Assembly (NCBI GenBank): GCA_964016885.1
Contig: OZ024758.1
Location: 1,984,001-2,048,000 of the forward strand
DNA length: 64,000 bases
From: Eledone cirrhosa
Taxonomy: Eukaryota
Direction: 5' to 3'
Shown here: positions 39,045 through 52,612 of the stretch, in pieces
How positions within the stretch are numbered: the first letter of the stretch is position 1
How the letters are laid out: each line of letters begins with the position of its first letter
Translations under genes and position numbers: made by a program
Notes under the pieces: model-generated
What the model was told of the DNA's origin: nothing
What the model saw: the letters and a program-made list of their open reading frames with translations, nothing else
The model's database searches: none

Positions 39045-40820
39045 ATGCCATCCAATACTGCAATGGTAGAGATATGTTACAGTTGTCAAGAGAAATTCTG
39101 TTGTTCGTCATCGTGTCCTTACGATAGATTACCTGCCTTGCTTAGCTGTCAGCATCTTATCTGTTATAGTTGCCTCCAACGAATTTGGGTAAATCTTGAT
39201 ATTGACAACAACAACAAGATATTATGTCCTGTATGTGATATACTTACATTTCTCTCACCGTCCACACATCATATTTCATACTACTTCAACAAATTCTGTG
39301 GCGACTGTGATATCAAAAATGGACAACTTATAAATAAATTTAGTGAGAAACATACCCAACAAACATTGCCCATCATTCGACATGATAAAAGCATTTGTTT
39401 GGAAGGTAATTCAACTTCTCAGAAGAGAGATAGCTATGAGAGTACAAATAATGTGAGAACTATACAAGCTGCTATTGGAGATATAAATATTTCTGAAACG
39501 TCTTCACAAAGTGTTAAATCAAGCTCAACTAATCAGAAAACCAATAGTAAAGGCAAACAGATCGTAGAGAAAAGTCGAAGCAATTTAAATTCTAATAAAA
39601 AACGGAAGGAACCACGAAAAAGAATTACACAACAAAAGAATTCTCAAGTTGAACATTCCCAAAAGAAAAACGACAACAATTCTGCGACGAACACAAAAAA
39701 TTCCACAAGGGACGAAATGAGTAAGAAACATATAAAAACGAATTGTAATACTTCACCTGATAGCAAGGAAACGAAGAACCAGAACCAAGCTACCAAAACC
39801 ATTTCAGCAGATAAAGAAATATTGCCCTCCATTTATGAAAAGTGTTTAGCGAAAGCATACGAGGAATATGATACAAAATATAGTCGAATTTATGCAAGAC
39901 TTTCTTCTTCCAGCGACAGCAGTCTTGAAGAAGACGAGATTAATAGTGTTGCTAGTTTGAAGTTAAATAAACTCGACACCAAAACAGATTCAGATCAGGT
40001 AAAATCTTCGATTCTAAACTGTTGCGAGGTTAAGAATAACAGAATGTCAAACAGTGAAGAGAAGGTAATCAAAGCAGATAAATCGTTAAACAAAGATAGT
40101 AGACAAAGTACATTATTAGCTAGAGAATGTCTTGAAATTCCGGTCTTGTTAAATGTTGACAATGTTGTAGAGACACGAACAAGTAGTTCGACAGAAAGTT
40201 TACCGAACATTTCATTGTCGAGTTGCAGTAAATATGATATTGATGGGAAACCAAACCAAAATAAATCAAATGTAAGAAGTGTAAAGAAAAACTGTAAGTA
40301 TTACCGAAATAATGGAGTCAGAAAGAACGATGGCAGTTTAAGTGATGATTCCTGTAACATTAACGGGAAAAATATTCGCTCACGAAACAGAAAAACCAGC
40401 AATAAAATACGCTTCACAATAAAACCCCAGGAAGATGATTCCGATATTGAGCGAATTCCGCCATTACGCAAAAGGGGATTTCTATACCAAAGGGAATGTT
40501 TTAAAGTATTGGATTGTATATATAATAATGAAATAAGTGAGCTGTTTCGACACGAGATAAAATCTAAAGATGTCAGCGATTATTACAAAGTTGTCAAACG
40601 TGGAATGTGTTTAGATATAATCGCCTACAAACTACGTAACAATATTTACACCAAAGTTAAAGAATTTTCTTCCGATGTGTATCGAATATTTGACAATTGT
40701 CGTTTATATAATCATTTTGGATCCGAAGCCTATCAGTCTGCTAACATCGTACAAAATGTATTCAATCAAAAGATGAAAGAATGTTTCTCCAATCAACAGG
40801 TTACATTCGACAAATTGTAG
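39045..40820 (+). CDS. Intronless 591-aa protein with N-terminal C3HC4 RING finger and C-terminal bromodomain
   Basis: Long, non-repetitive open frame. RING: CYSC...LLSCQHLICYSC...CPVC. Bromodomain: LFRHEIKSKDVSDYYKVVKRGMCLDII...EFSSDVYRIFDNCRLYN...SEAYQSA. An acceptor-like site lies just upstream (TTTATAG at about 39025) and tandem AATAAA motifs at about 41182-41229. Confidence 0.85.
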   Translation: MPSNTAMVEICYSCQEKFCCSSSCPYDRLPALLSCQHLICYSCLQRIWVNLDIDNNNKILCPVCDILTFLSPSTHHISYYFNKFCGDCDIKNGQLINKFSEKHTQQTLPIIRHDKSICLEGNSTSQKRDSYESTNNVRTIQAAIGDINISETSSQSVKSSSTNQKTNSKGKQIVEKSRSNLNSNKKRKEPRKRITQQKNSQVEHSQKKNDNNSATNTKNSTRDEMSKKHIKTNCNTSPDSKETKNQNQATKTISADKEILPSIYEKCLAKAYEEYDTKYSRIYARLSSSSDSSLEEDEINSVASLKLNKLDTKTDSDQVKSSILNCCEVKNNRMSNSEEKVIKADKSLNKDSRQSTLLARECLEIPVLLNVDNVVETRTSSSTESLPNISLSSCSKYDIDGKPNQNKSNVRSVKKNCKYYRNNGVRKNDGSLSDDSCNINGKNIRSRNRKTSNKIRFTIKPQEDDSDIERIPPLRKRGFLYQRECFKVLDCIYNNEISELFRHEIKSKDVSDYYKVVKRGMCLDIIAYKLRNNIYTKVKEFSSDVYRIFDNCRLYNHFGSEAYQSANIVQNVFNQKMKECFSNQQVTFDKL

Positions 40821-40857
40821 TAACTTCCACTCAGCTTCTTATCTGAGTTAACAAATA

Positions 40858-41050
40858 TTGGTCTCTGATTTAAGCCCAAGGCCAACAATTTTGGGGGAGG
40901 GGAAAGTCAATTGAATCGACCTCAGTGGTAATTTCTTTTTTTTAACAACCCCGTAAGGATGAAAAGCAAAGCTAACCTCGGCAGGATTTGAACTCAGATC
41001 GTAAAGCATGTTGTCCGACGCTCTACCGATTCTGCCAACCCACCGCCCTT
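40858..41050 (-). mobile_element. Major tRNA-derived SINE, full copy with 14-bp TSD
   Basis: TSD TGAGTTAACAAATA at 40844-40857 and 41051-41064; more than 15 further copies or fragments (e.g. 7.2, 16.3, 18.0, 24.4, 26.8, 35.1, 36.5, 43.9, 45.3, 59.9 kb). Confidence 0.85.
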
Positions 41051-42576
41051 TGAGTTAACAAATAATAGTGTATGTATACAAGGACACGTGACTACTGATG
41101 GAGTCTTGGAGGCACCGGTCTGTCTTGTACACTTTAAACCTGACGGAACCCAGTCGTTCTTCAGGTCTGAACACTAAAATCAATAAACTCAAATCAATAA
41201 ACTAAAATCAATAAAGTCAAATCAATAAACTGAAGTAAAAAAAAACTTCTTATCGAATCGCTACACCACAGCCGTCCAGTGTTGCACAGAGAGCTTTGCT
41301 GGGGGTGTTAAGGTTTCAAGGTCGTTAAGTGTTCATAAATCTTCAAGATTGGGACAAACTAGAAGGTGCTTTTAAGCTTAACAGAGGTGTATATGAAGAC
41401 ATATATAAATATATATGATACGTTTATACACAATAAGTATATCCACAACGTTGTCTTATGTCACGAAACCTCATATTGTAGCAGGGCTGTCTATATCTTA
41501 CCTTTGAGAGAAGTATTTATCCACAACGTTATCTTATGTCACGAAACCTCATATTGTAGCAAGGCTGTCTATATCTTACCTTTGAGAGAAGAATTTATGG
41601 AACACTACATAAACAATTCAGTCAATAATTTCCGACAGTTCAGATGTCACTCTAGATGTTTCCACGTTGTGGTGCCACTCAAGATGTGTCATTCTAGATG
41701 TGCCACGTTGTGGTGCCACTCAAGATGTGTCACTCTAGATGTTGCCATGTCGTGGTGTCACTCAAGATGTGCCACACTAGATGTGCCACAGCTACAGCCA
41801 GTCATTGGGAAGCCACTCTAGATGTGTCACACTAGATGTTCCACACTAGATGTGCCACTCTAGATGTTCCACTCTAGATGTGCCACTAGATTTTTCCACG
41901 TTGCTGTGCCACTCTAGTTAATTCCCTTATGTTATCTTTACACCTAGATCTAGATCTTGTGGTTATTGATTTAAAGGGAAATAACTGTGCCAGGAATATA
42001 TAAAAACAATCATCAGTAGTATTGAAGTAACTCAATGGATTTGGCGGCCATTTTAAATGAAAGTATGTGTGTATAAATTCAGTGAAAATTTCTCTGCAAG
42101 AGTGTATCCTTGTTAGATATTTTTTTCAGCTACTAAATATGTTTTAATTGTATGTAAGTTGCTGATTTATGGATTTGGTTTCATGGATAAGGTCAATGTC
42201 TTGAGAATTCCAACGAATATATGCTATCAGACATATTGTTTTACATGTATAACATTTTCTTACATACGTGTGAGTGTATATATGTATATATTACAATAAC
42301 AACAACAATAACAACATCAACAATAACAACGAAATACTTCTGTTTCTCTGTGTGTATGAAATATTCTTTTATAATAAAAGAAATTAAGAACGTTATATAT
42401 TATTAATTTCTTGATATTAATTTTAACATTCAACTTCATGCAAGAACGAAGAGGAGACACAGACTGGAAGCTTTTGTCTTCCCGCCTCCTTCCCCCAATG
42501 ATTAAGTCTCTACAGTCCCTATCAAATATTCTTTTATTCCACATAACTTTGCCACTTTCAACTCTTTTCCACTCTC

Positions 42577-42681
<105 letters not shown>

Positions 42682-42769
42682 ATTTCTTTCCTTCTTTCTC
42701 TCTCTTTCTATCTCTCTCTCTCTTTATATATATATACATATATAGTTATATTTGGGGAGGGTCATATTG

Positions 42770-42813
<44 letters not shown>

Positions 42814-42890
42814 AATTAGTATATCTACCAACATATATATACAGATGCATACCTATGCTAGCAAATATATAGGTTTTGTCTTAGTAACTT

Positions 42891-43297
42891 TGTGGTTCAA
42901 TGCAAGGGGATTCAGAACAATTATATGAAAGACGTAAAATAAGAAAATTATAAAAATTAACTTACTTACTAAAATGTGTGGTTCAATGCAAGGGGATGCA
43001 GAACAATAATATGAGAGACGTAAAATAAGAAAATTATAAAAATTAACTTACTTACTAAAATTTGTAGTTCAATCCAAGGGGATGCAGAACAATAATATGA
43101 GAGACGTAAAATAAGGAAATTATAAAAATTAACTTACTTACTAAAATTTGTGGTTCAATGCAAGGGGATGCAGAACAATAATATGAGAGACGTAAAATAA
43201 GAAAATTATAAAAATTAACTTACTTACTAAAATTTGTAGTTCAATCCAAGTGAAATTTTAGTAAGTAAGTTAATTTTTAGAATTTTCTTATTTTACG

Positions 43298-43305
<8 letters not shown>
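42891..43305. repeat. 86-bp tandem array (4+ copies) ending in an inverted partial unit
   Basis: Period 86; 43253-43305 is the reverse complement of part of the unit. Confidence 0.85.
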
Positions 43306-43395
<90 letters not shown>

Positions 43396-43572
43396 ATTTA
43401 TATATATATATATATAGTTTCGTTGACAAATATATCAATATGCCCAGACATGCAGATATATTGCCCTTGGTATGACAGTGTGGTTTTAGCTCAATGTAGG
43501 ATAACTAGTATACTACAGAGCCGTTATAGTTATAGGAATAACTAAAGAGTGCTTAGAAATACATTGCTTTAT

Positions 43573-43622
43573 TAGCTAACAGTGTTTCATCCATACACCA
43601 TGGCAGGAATCATCAGAGCCTA
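43573..43622 (-). ncRNA. Type I hammerhead ribozyme motif
   Basis: ggct-CTGATGA-ttcctgccatggtgtatggat-GAAAC-act-GTT-agct then AATAAA; same family as the 28.2/28.4 kb copies. Confidence 0.7.
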
Positions 43623-43864
43623 TAAACAAGAGTATATTAGTATTTGCATGCTCCATCGAGTGACGCAGCTCACACTGATATATATCACCTAGGCTTCGGC
43701 GTAGTCGCTGCAGACCTCTCCCTGCTTTCCCTTAGTTTCGTTATTTAAGTGTTTACTCATTCTTTTCGTTGTTTTTTGGGGTGGGGGGGGGGGGGGGGGT
43801 TTCAAACGTTGAAGAATTGTAAATTTCTTTCTTTCATTTTAAATTTAATTAATTATTTCACAAT

Positions 43865-43897
<33 letters not shown>

Positions 43898-44567
43898 TGA
43901 TTTAGATACAAGGCGATTAAATAGACCCCAGTACATTGCTGTTACTTTATTTTATAGATCCCGAAAGGATGAAAGGTAAAGCTAACCTTGACGGGATTTG
44001 AATTCAGGATGTAAAGGGCTGTAACTCTATGCCGCTAAACATGTTTCCGACGCTCTACTAATCTGAACGTAATGGGCCGTAACTCTATGCCGCTAAACAT
44101 GTTTCCAACGCTCTACTAATCTGAACGTAATGGGCCGTAACTCTATGCCGCTAAACATGTTGTCCGACGCTCTACTGATTCTGACAATGCCCCACCCTAC
44201 TTAATAATATAAAAAAATAACAACAGAACATTAGTCCCACAAGTAACTACATCCAATTCAACTGATTGTCCCCCATTAAAAGTGTATGAAGACATCATTA
44301 GTACCGTACCATATTCTCTCTAATAGAAGACATCGCACTTTCTCTCTTGAAAATAGAAAATAAGTTTAATTCGTCTTTTGTGTGTTTTCGTGAGAAATAT
44401 ATGAATTTCACATTAGAAACTTTGTCATTTGCATTCTTTATACATTGAGGAAATTCTTCTGGTGAATTCGTGTAAGCCGCTTTAAAGTTCAACATACCAA
44501 TTCTAGCTGTTTCATGTTTGATGATAACGCTAATTTAATGTGTTGCTTCTAATTCTGATGTTTCTTA

Positions 44568-44877
44568 ACAAGTGCTCTCTCTCTCAAAATAGTTCCAATA
44601 TCAGGACTGTCATATTGTGCCTATCAAGGAACTCCGCAGGTTCTAGGTTACCCTCGCTATCAAAGACAAGTGCTCTCTCTCTCAAAATAGTTCCAATATC
44701 AGGACTGTCATATTGTGCCTATCAAGGAACTCCGCAGGTTCTAGGTTACCCTCGCTATCAAAGACAAGTGCTCTCTCTCTCAAAATAGTTCCAATATCAG
44801 GACTGTCATATTGTGCCTATCAAGGAACTCCGCAGAAGATCTAGGTTACCCTCGCTATCAAAGACACGTGCTCTCTC
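44568..44877. repeat. 98-bp tandem repeat, 3 copies
   Basis: Direct inspection. Confidence 0.85.
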
Positions 44878-46069
44878 CTATTTTCCCATGCAGATATTGA
44901 ACAGTTTCCGAAATTTGTTATAAAGGCACCGAACGAATACATCCGGCGTTCCAGACCTGCCAACCTCTAAAGACCGAAACGAGGAGTACCATGAAAGAAA
45001 ATGTCCCAAAACGGGGAGAAAAGAGGCAAAATGGGGAGATTTTACATAATGAAAGCTATACCCATTTTTACAAGAGAAGTCATCTTTCACCCACCCCAAA
45101 GTGGGTGGGAGATCTCCCTTGTCAGACGGGGAGAGTTGACAGGTCTTGGCGTTCTAACGACTCCGCCAATGTGCCGCCTGAAGGGAAGTGATGCAGTGTA
45201 TAAAATCAACCCTGGTATATTATTTACACTTATTTCATCAACTCCAGATGAGTATAAAAGAAGTACATTGACGCCATAAAGATATGAACTCAGACCTGAT
45301 TGCTACAAACACTTATTTTATTGACCCTAGAAATATATGATTTCTGGTATAGGCACAAGGCCAGTAATTTATGGGGAGGGGAAAGTGGATTAAATCGACC
45401 CCAGTACGTTACTGATACTTTATTTTATCAACCCCGTAAAGATGAAAGGTAAAGTTAACCTCGGTGGGATTTGAACTCAGACCGTAAAGGACTGTAACTC
45501 TATGCTGCAAAGAATGGTGTCCGACTCTCTACAGATACTGTCAATCCAGCCCTGTCCTTAGAGATATATAAAACAAACAGAACATAATTAGGTACTATTT
45601 CTGCCACTCTGCCACTCTGCCATTCTGCCATTCTGCCATTCTGCCATTCTTCTAAACTTTTATCATTTCTGTTTTATTCTTTTATTCCATTAGTTGAAAA
45701 TCGTGGTTTGTCGTATCGCACAAAATAATAAATTCTGAAAATTTTCCCTCAGGTCCTATTTATTGGGAAAAGTCATTGTTTTATAGACTTTACACTTTAC
45801 AGCATTCCAAAACCACCTCCAGGCAGAAATGCCAATAACACTTTATTGATTGAAAACGCAGTTAGATAAATATATATAATATATATATAAGGTGTGATAA
45901 TTTCCGTCTAACGAACAAATCTGACATGATATCATGACAGCTGCTGGCTGAGACTTTCTGCTTTATAATAGAAATTACAATAATGAATAATTATCAAAAT
46001 CTATTCTGTCGTTTGGGGAGAATTTTCAATTTTATATTGTAAGAAATACTAATAAAACAAAACTTCATA

Positions 46070-46760
46070 CTTTACTAAAGTCTAAAAGTCTGAAGCAGAG
46101 GTTCTCAAACTTTGAGGTCAATATTCTTGGAGGGCGGTGAATTGGCAATATCGGTAGAGGGTCGGACACCATGTTTTCCAGCATACTTTCGTCCCTTTAT
46201 GGTCTGAGTTCAAATCCCGTCGAGGTTAACTTTGCCTTTCATCCTTACGGGGTCGATAAAATAAAGTACCAATAATGCACTGGGTAATTGCTGGCCTTGT
46301 ACCAAAAGTAGAAACAATTATTCTTGGAGGCAATCATCAAGGAGAAAATGCATTTATTCCCAAGATTCCTCTTATCCCTTCCTCTACCGAGCTGCCATTC
46401 AAATTCTCAAGACTTCAGTTCCGTGTTAGAACCAGTTTTGCTATGACCATAAATAAAACTCAGGCTCAGAGTTTCAAAGTTGTAGAATTGAATACAAGAG
46501 AATCGCTTTTTACCCATGGACAGATAAATGAAGGTTGTTCACGAGTGGAAACACCTAGAAATCTTCATATACTGTGGAGGAACGGTAAAACGAAGAATTT
46601 GGAGTATCTGGAAGATTTTCTTTCTGTTTATCTTTTGTAACACACACACCACAGTCTCACCTCATACTGTAAACTAGACAAACCTCCAATACAGTCATTT
46701 TCTCTTCTACCTGTCTTCTCTTATCAACTGTTTACCCGGGCAGCTGGGTACATCGGCTAG
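46070..46760 (+). mobile_element. Helitron 3' remnant (PIF1-like helicase C-terminus) interrupted by a SINE
   Basis: FIPKIPLIP..LPFKFSRLQFRVRTSFAMTINKTQAQS...FTHGQ...CSRV; ends with a GC hairpin plus CTAG|T at 46757-46760; SINE at 46134-46318 with TSD TATTCTTGGAGG. Confidence 0.85.
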
Positions 46761-46777
46761 TATATATATAGAGAGAG

Positions 46778-46847
<70 letters not shown>

Positions 46848-47849
46848 AAGAGATAGAGAAAGAAAGGGGGATAGAGAGAGGGGAGGGGGAGAAATGAGGT
46901 GCAACAGAAATGAAACATGAGAAAAAAAAACGAGGATATAGTTTATGGAACACCCAAATGATTTAGAAGTCGACCTTAAGTAGGAGCAATAATATTAAGA
47001 AAGGCATGAAGGACAACACATCATTTTGTTTTGAAAATTTTGAAAGTAGGTTTATAAGTATGAATTTTCATAAGATTTTCGTAGTTGTCTCCGTGGCCTA
47101 GCGTTAGGTTCTAGAGACGGTGGAGATCCTGGTCTTGGGTTCAATCCTGGTCAAGAAATACATGTACCCTTTTTTCAGTTTTTATTTTAAAACCAATAGA
47201 AAAAAACTGAAAAGTTTTTTTACTGGGAACCCTACTCCCGACCAGAATCGAACTTCAGACCAGGATCACCACCGTCTACGATTCCTCCAACTAGGCCACT
47301 GAGACAGCTACAAGAGTATAATGAAAATTGATAATTATAAACCTACTTTCAAAATCAAAGTTAAAAAGATGTGGTGTTGTTCATGGCTTTACTAGAGCTG
47401 TTAGTCCTATTTAGGGTCGACTTCTGGTCATTATTGAAAGTCTCTGGATTTCGCAAAATACATATTTTTTATTGGAGAAGGTAAGATATTTTCCCGCAAA
47501 ATTTTGATTGCACTGTTTCCACTTATGTATTTTTCGAAAATGTTATTTATTCATTATAAAAATTAAATGATAGCATTCTATATGTAGGTGGGCCCCCTTC
47601 ATCTCCTGTCAACCAATATTTTTAGACCCAGTCTGCCTCTGTATATATAATCTTTTCCTGAGTCCTGTATTTTCGTTGCTGTGGTAATGCGGCTGGACTG
47701 CCGATCGCTATATTTGATTTGCTAAACTGTCTAAACGTATTGTTATTACTCTGGGGTACTATTCCCATTCGAGTGCTAAAACTACATACCGAATTTGCAT
47801 TCGTTTGCTTAGCCGCAAACTAAAGCTTCGTTAATGCTGTACAAGAATT

Positions 47850-47891
<42 letters not shown>

Positions 47892-47995
47892 CAGGAGGGA
47901 TATTCAATTTATTGGTAATTCAACAAATATAAATGTTTATAACTGATTCAGACCAAATAGGGTTTTATAAATATAGTTTCCATTTATTTAATATC

Positions 47996-48086
<91 letters not shown>

Positions 48087-49847
48087 GTGCGTATTGTATA
48101 TTACAATATATACTATATATTTTCTTCTACTACTTTACCAACTTATTCCTAGGAAGGTCACGTGGTGGCAAATCCGCCAAACTTGCCTTCCAGCCGGTCC
48201 TGCCTGAAGCATTCTATTTATAATATAATATATATTCTATTTATAATATAATATATATTGTATTTATAATATAATATATATTATAAATGTTATTTAAATA
48301 TATAGTGTATATTATAATAAATATTATATATACAATATATCTTATAAATAATGTATAAAATACACTATATATTATAATATATTATATAAACTATATTCTA
48401 TATACTGGCAAATAAGTGTGTAAGAGGTGGTGCCAGGTGACAGAACGAAACCGCCAGGAACTGGTTTCTTGTGGCACGTGGAAGGTTTCTATAGCAACAG
48501 TTGTTCCCTCGGTCTTACCAAAGTAAGTGGAGAGGGGAAGGTAATATTTCTGTAACACCAACCACCTCTCTCACTCTCTTCTTCTTCTTCTTCTCTCGCT
48601 ATAGAAGGGGGAAGGGGAAGGTAATGTTACTATAACCAATTTGATTAGTTTCTCTTTGAGGTGGAGATTCGACCGCGAGTTCGGTCAGTTTCAGCTTCTA
48701 GCCTAGCACCCCCACCTGAACCTTCTCAAATACCTCGGTGTATTACTGGTACTTTATATATGCATTTTGTAAGCATGTGTGTCTTACGCTCATGCGCAAA
48801 CTAAACTTAATTCTAACAACCGATATTAAAAGAGAAACCTAATACCAGGAAGGAAATCTCCGATTTCTCCCAAATTCCCCTCTACAAACCCCCTTCAATA
48901 ATGGACAATTAAACCGACAACTGTTGACACTAAAGAATCTTCCAGCACATCTCTCTTACCATCCTCCGGGAAAACGCCTTCTCCATTCTTTCTGCCGAAG
49001 CTGTGGGGAGGCCAGCACGCGGGACCCCATTTGCTCACCAAACAGAGAGATGGGGAGGGCGAGAGAGAGGGAGGCGATGTCAGTGAGAGTTCGGACCATA
49101 TCCCTGTGGTTGTGTTCATTACCCTAGTGCATTACTGGTGCTTTATTTTGTTTAATGAATGCATGCATACATGATGGCTGCCCCCTCGTTATCGAGTATA
49201 GCCATTGTATGATATACCATTATTAATAATGTACTGGGTAATTGCTGGCCTTGTGCCTAAAGTAGAAACAATTAATTAATTCTATCGTGCAATGCCTGTC
49301 CATGAAGATATTTTTAAAAGTGAGGAAAGACTGTGCACTGAGCCAATCCCACTCTCTGAGCAACAATAGCTATAACCTGAAATTAAGAAAAGATCAACAT
49401 CATCGGTAACTACTGAGCCGCAGGTTTTATATCGGAGTTATCCCAGTTTCCTTCTCCTAGAGGAATGCCCTGACAAAGGCTAGGGGTCCTTCACTCCCAG
49501 TGGTTTAACCCCGCGATCGGGTATCCAGATCCAGCCCGACTATTTCTATGTCCCCGCGTATATACATACGCATGCATGTGTATGTATATGTGTATATGCA
49601 TACACACATATGTACATGTATGGACTAGTAGTCCAGAAATAGCCGTCGAAACGGCTTGAGCTCTGCCGTCGGGGTTAAACATTTTCCTATTACCCACTCT
49701 ACTGCCCTAAGTATTGAGTACTCTGGTGCGTTATGGTCCATCTGGTTCCTTACCACACCTCCTTCGTTATATATATATATGTGTGTATATATATATATAT
49801 ATGTGTATATATATATATATATGTGTATATATATATATATATATGTG

Positions 49848-49946
<99 letters not shown>

Positions 49947-49999
49947 ATATATATATATATGTGTGTATATATATATATATGTGTGTATATATATATATA

Positions 50000-50046
<47 letters not shown>

Positions 50047-51164
50047 ATTCTCGTGTTTAAAACAAAATGTCTGACTGCCATACAGAGCTGAGCTGTCTAC
50101 AGTTTATCTTTTATATAAATAAAATTAAAAAAACCCGCCCCCAGGGGGAAACAGCATCCCACCCTGGGGCGGGTAGTGGGATGGGTAGTCGGTATCTTTT
50201 TTTTTTTTCGCTTTTGTTAAATTTTTCTTTTTGTTTTTAGTTTTTTTCTTTTTCCTTTTATTAATTATCTCATTAACTATTCTTGATTACTAACAGTAAG
50301 GACAACTCGATACTTCCCGGAGTCATGGCTTACTAGCTCTATACGGACGTTTTTAAATTGATTAAATAAATAGTTGTATCAACAATAAATAAAGTCGATA
50401 TTTTTGTGTGGTTTCTGAAATGTCTAATTACGCCATAACTACAGCTGAAGCCCTGCAAACCATTTACGTCAATGGATGTATTTGAAACCAGGTCTGTCAA
50501 TATAAACAAGTCTGGCCCTGCCTGGACTGATGTTTTCCTGTACAAGATTGGGAGGATCACGTCCTGCCTGAGTAAGGTGTCACTTGAGGGTGAGAGGCTG
50601 ATAATGTCTCTCATGTACACACATATACAAATACGTATATACACACACACACGTGCACACACAGGTGCATATTACGTGCACACACACAGACGTGCATATA
50701 CACACACGTACGTGCACATATACATGCACACACACACGTGAACACATACACACACGTGCACATATACACACACACACACACGTACATACTGCCTGAGGAA
50801 GGGGTCCCATGAGGTTGAGAAGCTGATGCAGCCTCTCACGTACACACACACATATATATAAATACGTACACACACACACGTGTACACATACGTGCATACA
50901 CACACACGTGTCATGACAAAAAACATCCAATCCACACTGTAAATGAGGTTGGTGTTAGGGAGGGCATCCAGCTTTAGAAATCAAGCCAGAATCAGTTCTG
51001 AAGGAGCAAGACAAGGTCAGCTGACCTGGCATTGCCCACAACAGGACAACCCGTCTAACCCATGCTAGCGTGAAAGAATAGACGTAAAATGGTGATGATG
51101 ATGATGCATATTACATTACAAAAAAGAATAATTAAACAGAAAAATACAAAAATAACCGCAATGT

Positions 51165-51170
51165 TTTATT
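51165..51170 (-). promoter_or_regulatory. Candidate polyadenylation signal of RAD50
   Basis: AATAAA on the minus strand about 60 nt after the TAG stop. Confidence 0.5.
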
Positions 51171-51227
51171 TATGTAAAATATGAACAGGAACAGTTGTGC
51201 AGCAGGAATTTTAATGTTTTTATCAAT

Positions 51228-52577
51228 CTATTCTTCAGTATCTCCATCTTGACCGTAATTACATACAGATATACATTTGATACGAGAACATCCACTGCAA
51301 GAAAAACAAAGAAAAACACAGTTTAAGACATTTTAATTACACAATCTGGCATTAGGAAGGGCATCCAGTTGTAGAGAGCAAGACATGGTCACATGACCTG
51401 GCCTTTCTTACAACAAGACCCATGCTAGTGTGGAAAAATGAACATTAAATGGTGTTGATATATATATATATATTATATATATATATTTGTTTTGCAAGGT
51501 TTTTAACAATATCATTGTCATCATCATTTTACGTCCGCTTTTCCCTGCTTGCAAGGGTGGGACGGGTCCTATTCAGCACAGCATCTCTCCACTTGTCACG
51601 GTCCTTCGTCACTTCCTCTGTGAGCTTCAGCGATCTAAGGTCCGCTCTCCCCACCTCTGCCCATGTTTTTCATGGTCTTCCTCTACTATGTCTTCCTTCC
51701 ACTGGGATTTCTTGGCACTTCTTTACCCAGTGGTCATCCTCCATGCACATCACATGTCCATACCAACACAGTCATCTCTCCCACACACCACAACTTATCC
51801 CTCTTATACCCAGTTTCTCTCTCAACACATCACATGTCCATACCAACACAGTCATCTCTCCCACACACCACAACTTATCCCTCTTATACCCAGTTTCTCT
51901 CTCAACACATCACATGTCCATACCAACACAGTCATCTCTCCCACACACCACAACTTATCCCTCTTATACCCAGTTTCTCTCTCAACACATCACATGTCCA
52001 TACCAACACAGTCATCTCTCCCACACACCACAACTTATCCCTCTTATACACAGTTCCTCTCTCAACACATCACATGTCCATACCAACACAGTCATCTCTC
52101 CCACACACCACAACTTATCCCTCTTATACACAGTTTCTCTCTCAACTCATCCATGCTTGGTCGTTCACGCACATTGACATTGCACATCCAACGGAGCATG
52201 CTTGCCTCATTTCTCTCCAGCCGTCGCATATCCTCTGCGGTTGCTGCCCATGTCTCACTACCATGCAGCAACGTGCATCTCACACAGGCATCATATAACC
52301 GGCCTTTCGTACGCAGGGAGAAACCCTTCTTTGTCAACAGAGGAAGCAGCTCCCTAAACTTCTTCCAAATATATATATATATAACAAAGAAGGTGTGGTA
52401 AGAAACCAGGTGGACCATAACACACCAGAGTACTCGATACTTAGGGTAGTAGAGTGGGTAATAGGAAAAGAGTCAGGACCCCGACGGCTGAGCTCCAGCT
52501 GTTTTGACAGCTGGATCCGAACAGATCTAGCTGTTGAAACGGCCAGAGCTCAGCCGTCGGGGTCCTGACTCTTTTCC

Positions 52578-52612
<35 letters not shown>

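Noticed and set aside
44298-44530. Coding-looking minus-strand ORF (MLNFKAAYTNSPEEFPQCIKNA...)
   Set aside because: No recognisable domain, poor acceptor and no partner exons found; left unannotated.
46275-46640. Host PIF1 helicase gene
   Set aside because: Degenerate motifs, SINE interruption and a Helitron hairpin-CTAG end indicate a transposon remnant.
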